Assembly: GCA_025358295.1 (NCBI GenBank)
Contig: JANYJY010000010.1
Coordinates: forward strand, 25,913-89,912
Length of the DNA: 64,000 nt
Direction: 5' to 3'
DNA from: Gammaproteobacteria bacterium
GTDB taxonomy: Bacteria > Pseudomonadota > Gammaproteobacteria > Steroidobacterales > Steroidobacteraceae
In this document: positions 46,747-53,929 of the stretch, one piece after another
How the letters are laid out: each line of letters opens with the position of its first letter
How positions within the stretch are numbered: position 1 is the stretch's first letter
Notes under the pieces: model-generated
Databases searched by the model: none
Told to the model about the DNA's origin: nothing
What the model saw: only the letters and a program-made list of their open reading frames with translations
Position numbers and translations under genes: made by a program

Positions 46747-49302
46747 ATGCGACGTTTTAAATTAAATGGGGTCGGCGGTACGCTGGCCACCCTTACTTTG
46801 GCCCTCGGGCCGATGGCCGGCGCCTATGCGGCCGAGGAAGGCGCCACCGCCACCAATTCGGGTTCTCTCGAGGAAATCGTGGTGACCGGCACCAAGCGCG
46901 ATGTGACCGCACAGAGCGTCCCGATCTCGATGACGGCCATCGGCGCCGCGGAACTCGCGAGCGTACATGTCAATGACATCAAGGCGCTGGCGACTCTGGC
47001 GCCCGGCCTGGTGCTGTCGAATCCCGCGGGCTTTAACGCCGCAGGCGGCGGCATGCGCGGTACCGGCACCAACATCATTCTGGTCACCCAGGACGCACCC
47101 GTCAGCTTCCTGGTGGATGATTTCGTTCTGTCGCAGGTCACCTCGCAATTCGTCACCCTGTTCGACACGCAACAGGTCGAGGTTTACCGCGGACCGCAGG
47201 GCACCCTGTTCGGTGCCAACGCGACCGGCGGTGTGATCTCCATCATTTCGAAGAAGCCGGAACTCAACAAGTACTACGCAGAGAGCGAGGCGACCTACGG
47301 TCATTACGGCAATGGCGCGGGCATTGCGAGTGTCAAACAGGCCTTCAATCTTCCGCTGAGCGACACCCTGGCCTTCAGGCTGGCGGCAATCTACGACTAC
47401 GACGCCGGCTACTACACCAACAACAAGAATAGTGCGACCTTCCCGGGCAACGTGCCGCTATGGAGCGCTTTTGGCATTCCCCAGGGAACTCCCCTGCCGC
47501 CCGGAGTGAATCCACTGACCACCGGCAACGGTGAGCGCCTCGGCGGTCGCGACGTACTGGCGGCCAAAGCCAAATTGTTGTGGCAGCCTAACGACTATTA
47601 CTCGGCATTGCTGACCGGCGAAGTGGTGCACGACCGCTCCGGATCACCGCCGGGCGTCAACGAGAGTTCCCCGACCGACCTGATTCCCGCATTGGGCTTT
47701 CCCGGCATCGGTCAAACGCATCAGGGCAATGTTTTCTCGACGTTGATCACCAACAATGCCGATATTCAGGAACCGCAGGGACACCGCGTGGATAACAACG
47801 GCATTTACCTGACGCAAACCCTGACTCAGTCGTACGGTGAATTCAAGTCGATCACCGGGTACCGTAACGAGCGTGCACGCTTGCCGAGCACCTACACCGG
47901 CGAATCGTTTCTGACTTTGTTCGATTCCATGCGCAACTCCAACCGCTACACGTTTCAGCAGGAAGTCCGCTTCGCATCCAACTTCAAGGGACCTTTCAAC
48001 TTTGTCGCCGGCGCGAATTATTTCCACGATTCCTTCGATTTTCTTGCTTACTACTCGGTGGGTTTGACCGCACTGATTCCGGTCATCAATCCGACGACGG
48101 GCACGTTCTTGACGCCCGCAGGCCAGGTCAGCCTGAACACCGAGGCGCTGCACGACTATCAGTTCCAAGGCACCACGCAGCAACGTCACCAGGAGGCTCT
48201 GTTCTGGGACGGAAACTATGACATCACGGATAAACTCCAGTTCACGGCCGGCGTGCGCTTCAGCGAGGACCATAAGAAATTCCTGCGCTATGTCAACGGT
48301 GGCGGCCCCTGCACCTCTCTGACGGCGCCGGACGATATCGAAGCCGGCGGCGGATCGTGCCTCGACTCGCATTCCAATTTCATCAGCCGCGCGGGAATTC
48401 AGCCCGGCGCGTTTAACGGCGGCGTGTTCAGCCCGCTGCCGCTATCGGCCTTCGGTACCGTCGTCAACGACAGTAGCAGCTGGAATAAGACCACGTTCCG
48501 CACGGTGCTTGATTACAAGCCCGAGCCGGGTCAATTGGTGTATTTGAGCTACGCCACGGGCTTCTTGTCCGGAGGGTTCTCTGAGACCTGCGCGACGGTC
48601 GCGCGCTGCAAGTATGATCCGGAGACCAATAACAATTTGGAATTGGGTTATAAGTCGGATCTCATCGACAACACCCTGCGCCTGAATGCGGCCCTGTACT
48701 TGACCAAGTACAACAATCTGCAGCAGGCGGTGGTGGCAGCCTACACGGCTTCCGACGGCACGGGCCAACAGGAGACGGTGACGGTCAACACGGGAACCTC
48801 GCGTGCGACCGGCTTGGATCTGGAGATGAACTGGATCGCAATGCACGGGTTGCGCATCGACGCTTCGCTCAACTACCTGCATCATATTTACACTTCCGGC
48901 TCCATTCCGGATCTCGTGAAGATTCCGGCAGGCCCCTCGACTCCCTTGAGCCAGTACCAGGTGACGTTCTCGCCGACCTGGAAGGGCAATTTGAGCGCCA
49001 ACTACGATATCCCCTTCGCGCCTCTAAATCGCTGGACGCTGCACGCGGACGGCAACTACCAGGGCACCGCACAGACTGATGTGTACAACACCGTCAACAC
49101 GCAGATGCAGAGCCGCTTGCTGTTGAATGCCTCGGCGACGTATCACGATGCCGCCGGCAAATGGACGTTCACCCCGTGGGTGTCGAACATCGCGGATAAG
49201 GTCTATCGGGTCGCGGCACTCCCGGTCGCGGGTTTGTGGGACTTCACCAACTATGGGGCGCCGCGCTCATTCGGCGTTACCGCGAATCTGCGCTTCGAAT
49301 AG
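46747..49302 (+). CDS. TonB-dependent outer-membrane receptor (paralog 2)
   Basis: About 851 aa from the ATG at 46747 (AAGGGGAG SD): MRRFKLNGVGGTLATLTLALGPMAGAYAAEE.., with the plug region LEEIVVTGTKRDVTAQSVPISMTAI. Confidence 0.9.
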   Translation: MRRFKLNGVGGTLATLTLALGPMAGAYAAEEGATATNSGSLEEIVVTGTKRDVTAQSVPISMTAIGAAELASVHVNDIKALATLAPGLVLSNPAGFNAAGGGMRGTGTNIILVTQDAPVSFLVDDFVLSQVTSQFVTLFDTQQVEVYRGPQGTLFGANATGGVISIISKKPELNKYYAESEATYGHYGNGAGIASVKQAFNLPLSDTLAFRLAAIYDYDAGYYTNNKNSATFPGNVPLWSAFGIPQGTPLPPGVNPLTTGNGERLGGRDVLAAKAKLLWQPNDYYSALLTGEVVHDRSGSPPGVNESSPTDLIPALGFPGIGQTHQGNVFSTLITNNADIQEPQGHRVDNNGIYLTQTLTQSYGEFKSITGYRNERARLPSTYTGESFLTLFDSMRNSNRYTFQQEVRFASNFKGPFNFVAGANYFHDSFDFLAYYSVGLTALIPVINPTTGTFLTPAGQVSLNTEALHDYQFQGTTQQRHQEALFWDGNYDITDKLQFTAGVRFSEDHKKFLRYVNGGGPCTSLTAPDDIEAGGGSCLDSHSNFISRAGIQPGAFNGGVFSPLPLSAFGTVVNDSSSWNKTTFRTVLDYKPEPGQLVYLSYATGFLSGGFSETCATVARCKYDPETNNNLELGYKSDLIDNTLRLNAALYLTKYNNLQQAVVAAYTASDGTGQQETVTVNTGTSRATGLDLEMNWIAMHGLRIDASLNYLHHIYTSGSIPDLVKIPAGPSTPLSQYQVTFSPTWKGNLSANYDIPFAPLNRWTLHADGNYQGTAQTDVYNTVNTQMQSRLLLNASATYHDAAGKWTFTPWVSNIADKVYRVAALPVAGLWDFTNYGAPRSFGVTANLRFE

Positions 49303-49327
49303 CGCAAATCACGGTTGATTCGGCAAA

Positions 49328-49354
49328 GCGTGCGGCGCGCAATGCGCCGCACGC
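49328..49354. terminator. GC-rich hairpin after TonB-dependent receptor 2
   Basis: GCGTGCGGCGC - GCAAT - GCGCCGCACGC, a perfect 11-bp stem. It lies in the convergent gap between 49302 and 49389. Confidence 0.55.
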
Positions 49355-49359
49355 AGAAC

Positions 49360-49383
49360 CACCGGCCCCGCTTGGGGCCGGTG
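49360..49383. terminator. Second GC-rich hairpin in the same convergent gap (serves the E2 gene on the minus strand)
   Basis: CACCGGCCCC - GCTT - GGGGCCGGTG, a perfect 10-bp stem with a tetraloop. It lies 6 nt from the E2 stop codon. Confidence 0.55.
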
Positions 49384-49388
49384 TCCAT

Positions 49389-50618
49389 TTACAAGCTGGT
49401 CGGTTGTTCCAACAAGGCCCTCAATGCCCCGAGGAATTGCGCTCCGACGGCGCCATCCACCACCCGATGATCCGCTGACAGCGTCAGAGTCGCGGTTTTC
49501 GCAATCAGTTGGCGGCCGTTCCTGACGATGACCCGATCGGCCGCCGCGCCCACCGCGAGAATCGCCACCTGCGGCGGATTGATGATGGCATCGAAACGAT
49601 CGATGCCAAACATGCCGAGATTGGAAATCGTGAATGACCCCCCGGATATCTCCTCGCGGGTCAGGCGGTTCGTGCGCGCGCGCTCGGCGAAATCGCGAAC
49701 CTCGGTGCCGATCTGTGCCGGCGTCTTTAGCTCCGCACCGCGCACCACGGGCGTGATCAAGCCGTTCTCGGTGGCGATGGCAATGCTGATGTCGGCGTGC
49801 GCCGACTTGAGAATTTCATCGCCGACCAATTGCGCGTTCACCGCCTTGTGCGCCATCAAGGTGATGGCCGTGGCGCGCACCAGCAAGTCGTTGACGGAAA
49901 CCTCCCCGCCCGAGGCATTCAGCGCGGCGCGCTGCTCGAGCAGAGCAGTAAAATCGACGTCGACCTCGAGGCGGTAGTGCGGGATCTCCTGAGTCGATGC
50001 CAGCAGCCGCTTGGCGATAGTCGCGCGCATCGATGACATCTTTTCCCGCACCGGCGCGGCCGACGGAGCCGCTACCGCCGCATTGCCCGCTTGCGGGGTC
50101 GCCCCGGACCCCGACTTGGCGGCATAGGCTTCCACATCCTCTTTGGACACACGCCCATTGCGTCCCGTGCCCTGCACCTTGCTGATGTCGATACCCAGCC
50201 GCTCCGCCACGCGACGCGCGATGGGGCTGATGCGCCCCTCCTCGGTCGGCGCCGCGGCGGGCGCCGGAGTCTGCGCCACGCCGGCTGCAGCAGGCGATGA
50301 GTCCGGTTCGAAGCTGGTATTGGGCGGCTTGAACTCGCGCACAAAGGCATTGATTTGCTCATCCGATACCGAAGGCTCGGCGAATACGGCGATAAGAGCA
50401 CCGACATTTTCGACGGCGCCCGCTTCCGCGAGAATTTGCCGAAGCACGCCGCTGACCGGCGCTTCAACGGAATTCACAATTTTTTCGGTCTCAACGTCCA
50501 GCAAGGTGTCGCCTTTTTGCACCGTTTGGCCCGGCGCGGCGTGCCATTGCGTGATGGTGCCCTGTTGCATCTCGATGCCCCACTTCGGCATCGTGATTGG
50601 AAAAATCTGCTGGCTCAT
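49389..50618 (-). CDS. Dihydrolipoamide acyltransferase (E2) with one lipoyl domain
   Basis: 409 aa. Has a lipoyl-lysine box (LLDVETEKIVNSVEAP), a peripheral-subunit-binding domain (ISPIARRVAERLGIDISKVQGTGRNGRVSKEDV) and the catalytic DHRVVDG. Confidence 0.9.
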   Translation of the reverse strand: MSQQIFPITMPKWGIEMQQGTITQWHAAPGQTVQKGDTLLDVETEKIVNSVEAPVSGVLRQILAEAGAVENVGALIAVFAEPSVSDEQINAFVREFKPPNTSFEPDSSPAAAGVAQTPAPAAAPTEEGRISPIARRVAERLGIDISKVQGTGRNGRVSKEDVEAYAAKSGSGATPQAGNAAVAAPSAAPVREKMSSMRATIAKRLLASTQEIPHYRLEVDVDFTALLEQRAALNASGGEVSVNDLLVRATAITLMAHKAVNAQLVGDEILKSAHADISIAIATENGLITPVVRGAELKTPAQIGTEVRDFAERARTNRLTREEISGGSFTISNLGMFGIDRFDAIINPPQVAILAVGAAADRVIVRNGRQLIAKTATLTLSADHRVVDGAVGAQFLGALRALLEQPTSL

Positions 50619-50710
50619 AATCGCTCCGGGTTGCTTGGCGAAGGGCGGGATGACGTGCGTCCCCGCGGCGCCGTGGCGCCTACCCCTATTAAATCACTGT
50701 TGAGCCGAAA

Positions 50711-50732
50711 AAACAGTCAGCTCTGATTGTTT
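50711..50732. promoter_or_regulatory. Island palindrome site 6 (22-nt class): AAACAGTCAGCTCTGATTGTTT
   Basis: Lies in the divergent gap between E2 (start 50618) and Rieske oxygenase 3 (start 50782). It has 10-nt arms with one mismatch and is flanked by A- and T-runs. Confidence 0.6.
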
Positions 50733-50781
50733 TTTATCCTGCGAGTGCTACCATAGCTTTTGGCTGCAGCGGAGGGACGAC

Positions 50782-52143
50782 ATGTCGGTCAATTACAAAG
50801 TTGAGTGGCCCATGAATCTACATGCGCCCGCCGGTTCGCTCGAAGCGAAACAGGCGGCCGTAGACAATGGACTCGACGTCCCCGATCCGTCGCGCTACTC
50901 ATCCGCCGACTACATGAAAACGGAATGGGAGCAGCTTTGGCCGCGCGTCTGGCTGCTGGCCGGCGTCACTCCCGACCTGCCGGAGAGCGGCGATTACCAT
51001 GTGTTCGAGATCGGCCACGAAGAGATTCTGCTGGTGCGCCAGGACGACGCCTCGATCAAGGCGTTTTACAATGTCTGCCCGCATCGCGGCAATCGAATCT
51101 CCCTGAACGATCGAGGCAGCGTCGGTAAATTCACCTGTGCATTCCATGGCTGGCAATTCGCCTGCGACGGCACGCTCCTCAAGATCACGGATGAGGATAC
51201 CTTCGACCCACGCCTGATTGCGCACCGGCCCTCTTTGAGCGAAGTGCGGTGCGATATCATCGGCGGTCTCATATTCGTCAACATGGACGGTAAGGCGCCG
51301 CCGTTGCGGGAGTGGATCGGCTTGCCGCCGGGCTACATCGAGAACTACGAAATCGACAAGATGAACGTGGTGCGCCATGTACGCAGCGAATGGCGCGCGA
51401 ATTGGAAGACGGGCATCGATGCGTTCTACGAAACCTATCATCTGCCCTTCATCCACCCGCAAACTCAGGGCGTGATGGAAGATTTCAGTCAGTACGATCT
51501 TTACCCCAATGGCTTCAGCCGCATGATCGTGCCCATCGGCGTCAAGTCGCACCGTGTGGGCGATCAGATCAGCGTCGATCCTTACCAGCAATTCATGATG
51601 CAGGAAGCGGGCATCGACCCCACGAAATTCAGCGGCACCGCACGGGAAGTTCGCGTCGCCATCCAGCAGGCCAAGCGCTCCCGCGGCAAGCGTTTCGGGC
51701 TCGAGTACTACGACAAACTCACCGATGCACAGCTGACGGATAGCTGGGCAACTGGATATTTTCCGAATGTGCAGATCGGCATGCATCCGGAAGGCGTGTT
51801 CATCATGCGCTTTCTGCCGCACGCCACCGATCCGGAGCGTTTCTACTACGACAACATGACGATGTTCCGTTATGTCGAGGATCCCGGCTACACGGTGCCC
51901 GGCTGGATGGGCCTGCCCGCGGGCATGGACGTCACCGGCGCGACGCGCCCGGAGATCGAGCGCGTGCCTGTGGATGTGCGCCCGAATCTGGGCGAAGTTC
52001 TCGATCAAGATGTGGAACTGGTGGCCGCGGTGCAACGCGGCTCGAAGTCACGCGGCTTCCGCGGGCCGTTGTGGTCCGATCAGGAACAACGGGTACGACA
52101 CTTCCACCGCGAGCTAGACCGCTACATCAATCGCGAGAAGTAG
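50782..52143 (+). CDS. Rieske non-haem-iron oxygenase, alpha subunit (paralog 3)
   Basis: 453 aa. Has CPHRGNRI...CAFHGW and the iron motif YETYHLPFIHP. GGAGGG SD. Confidence 0.88.
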   Translation: MSVNYKVEWPMNLHAPAGSLEAKQAAVDNGLDVPDPSRYSSADYMKTEWEQLWPRVWLLAGVTPDLPESGDYHVFEIGHEEILLVRQDDASIKAFYNVCPHRGNRISLNDRGSVGKFTCAFHGWQFACDGTLLKITDEDTFDPRLIAHRPSLSEVRCDIIGGLIFVNMDGKAPPLREWIGLPPGYIENYEIDKMNVVRHVRSEWRANWKTGIDAFYETYHLPFIHPQTQGVMEDFSQYDLYPNGFSRMIVPIGVKSHRVGDQISVDPYQQFMMQEAGIDPTKFSGTAREVRVAIQQAKRSRGKRFGLEYYDKLTDAQLTDSWATGYFPNVQIGMHPEGVFIMRFLPHATDPERFYYDNMTMFRYVEDPGYTVPGWMGLPAGMDVTGATRPEIERVPVDVRPNLGEVLDQDVELVAAVQRGSKSRGFRGPLWSDQEQRVRHFHRELDRYINREK

Positions 52144-52146
52144 GCC

Positions 52147-52938
52147 TCAGTCGCGAAACACCGGCGCGCGCTTCTCCAGAAACGCGGCAATGCCTTCGCG
52201 GCCTTCGTTCGTCGTGCCTCGCGCAGAGATCGAGCGGCTTTCGCGCGCCATTTGCGCCTCGAAGCCCGGTTCCGCCTCGCCCAACAGCCGCTTGAGCGCA
52301 CCGAATGCTCTGGTTGGACCCTTGGCCAGGCGCGTGGCCAGGGCCGTGGCAGCCTCCATGAGACTGCCGTCGTCGACAACCTGATTTACCAGCCCCCAAT
52401 CCAGCGCCTGCTGCGCATCCAGGACGCGATTCGTGAGCAACAATTCCATGGCGCGCTTGTAGCCCACCGCCCGCGGCAGCAGGAAGGTGCAACCGGCGTC
52501 GGGCGTGAGGCCGACGCCGGTATACGCAGGCGCGAATTTGGCGCTGCGTGCCGCCACCGCGAGGTCTGCGGCCAACACTAACCCCAGGCCCGCACCCGCG
52601 GCGGTGCCGTTAACGGCGGCGATCACCGTCGCATCCAATCGTACCAGCAGCGTCATGCCGGCATGAAGATTCGTGGTGAGTTCGCTCAAGTAGGCGCCGA
52701 CATCGGCGCCGGAGCCCACCATGCCCTTCAAGTCGCCGCCGAAGCAGAAGTTCTTGCCCTCTCCGGTGAGCACCACGGCGCGCACGTCGGACGCTGCCTC
52801 GATGGCGAATACCGCGGCGAGGAACTCCCGGCCGAACTGTAAGTTCATGGTGTTCGCGGCGTCGGGACGCGACATGGTGAGAAACGCCACTTGATCGCGA
52901 ATGTCGAGATTCACGGTGGGTGCAGAGATATTGCTCAT
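52147..52938 (-). CDS. Enoyl-CoA hydratase/isomerase family protein
   Basis: 263 aa. Motifs: LTMSRPDAANTMN and NFCFGGDLK. Confidence 0.85.
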   Translation of the reverse strand: MSNISAPTVNLDIRDQVAFLTMSRPDAANTMNLQFGREFLAAVFAIEAASDVRAVVLTGEGKNFCFGGDLKGMVGSGADVGAYLSELTTNLHAGMTLLVRLDATVIAAVNGTAAGAGLGLVLAADLAVAARSAKFAPAYTGVGLTPDAGCTFLLPRAVGYKRAMELLLTNRVLDAQQALDWGLVNQVVDDGSLMEAATALATRLAKGPTRAFGALKRLLGEAEPGFEAQMARESRSISARGTTNEGREGIAAFLEKRAPVFRD

Positions 52939-52964
52939 GTAAATCCTGAAGGTGAAAAAATAAC

Positions 52965-53882
52965 TTAAATCGCGACCGCGTCGGGCGACGTTTTAGGAAA
53001 TGCGCCGGCGCGGCTCAGCATCCCCGGAACATCCCGCCCCATCGCGCCGGCGAGCCAGCGAGCACTGGCAATGAGACGCTCCAAATCCAATCCCGTTCGG
53101 TAACCCGATCGTTGCAGCATGTACGCCACATCCTCGGTGGGAACATTGCCGGTGGCGCGCGGCGCAAACGGACAGCCTCCGATTCCTCCCAAGGAAGCAT
53201 CCACGATGCGCGCGCCGGCCTGAACCGCCGCCCACACATTGGCCAGCCCCGTGTTACGAGTGTTGTGGAAGTGAACGCGCACCGGCAATGGCTTGATCGC
53301 AACGGCCACCCTCTGCACCAGCGCCGCCACTTCCGCCGGACTCGCCACGCCGATGGTATCCGCAATGGCAACCTCCACTGGGCCCGCTGCGGCTGCGCTC
53401 CGTGCCATCTCCACCACACGAGAAGGATCGACTTCGCCGTCGAAGGGACAACCGAAGGCAGTGGAAATGGTGATCTGCGCGCGGCGTCCCTGGGTCCTCG
53501 CCAGTCGCACGACCTCGCAGCACATGGCGAGCGAGGCGTCCGAACTCATGCCCTGATTGCGCGAGGAAAAGCCGTCTGTGGCGGCGCACACAGCGCCGAC
53601 TTCGTCCATGCCCGCCTCGATGGCGCGCAGCGCACCGCGTTTGTTCAGCACCAAACCGATGTAAATGACTCCCTCGCGCCGCGGCAATCCCGCCGCCACC
53701 GCATCGGCATCGGCCATCTGCGGTACCAGCTTGGGATTCACGAAGCTGGTCGCCTCGAGTCGCCGAACGCCGGCATCGAGCGCACGACCGATCAGCTCCA
53801 ACTTTTGCGAGGTGGTGAAGAGCACGGATTCGTTTTGCAGCCCATCACGTGCGCCGACTTCGAGCATCTCTATATCCGGCAT
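52965..53882 (-). CDS. Hydroxymethylglutaryl-CoA lyase-like (HMGL/DRE-TIM) enzyme
   Basis: 305 aa. Motifs: EVGARDGLQNE, a later HFHNTRNTG, and GGCPFAP. Confidence 0.85.
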   Translation of the reverse strand: MPDIEMLEVGARDGLQNESVLFTTSQKLELIGRALDAGVRRLEATSFVNPKLVPQMADADAVAAGLPRREGVIYIGLVLNKRGALRAIEAGMDEVGAVCAATDGFSSRNQGMSSDASLAMCCEVVRLARTQGRRAQITISTAFGCPFDGEVDPSRVVEMARSAAAAGPVEVAIADTIGVASPAEVAALVQRVAVAIKPLPVRVHFHNTRNTGLANVWAAVQAGARIVDASLGGIGGCPFAPRATGNVPTEDVAYMLQRSGYRTGLDLERLIASARWLAGAMGRDVPGMLSRAGAFPKTSPDAVAI

Positions 53883-53929
53883 ATTAAACTCTTATATTTC
53901 AATAGATAAAGCATACAATACAATTTCAC

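Noticed and set aside
19451-50732. Reading the AAACAGT...ACTGTTT elements as bidirectional intrinsic terminators (A-run, stem, T-run)
   Set aside because: The stems are short and AT-rich, and the loops are 2-4 nt. Five of the eight copies lie between divergent start codons, where there is nothing to terminate. The genuine convergent junctions use long GC-rich hairpins instead. A role as an operator or promoter element fits better, although a dual role at 19451 and 39126 (between co-directional genes) cannot be excluded.
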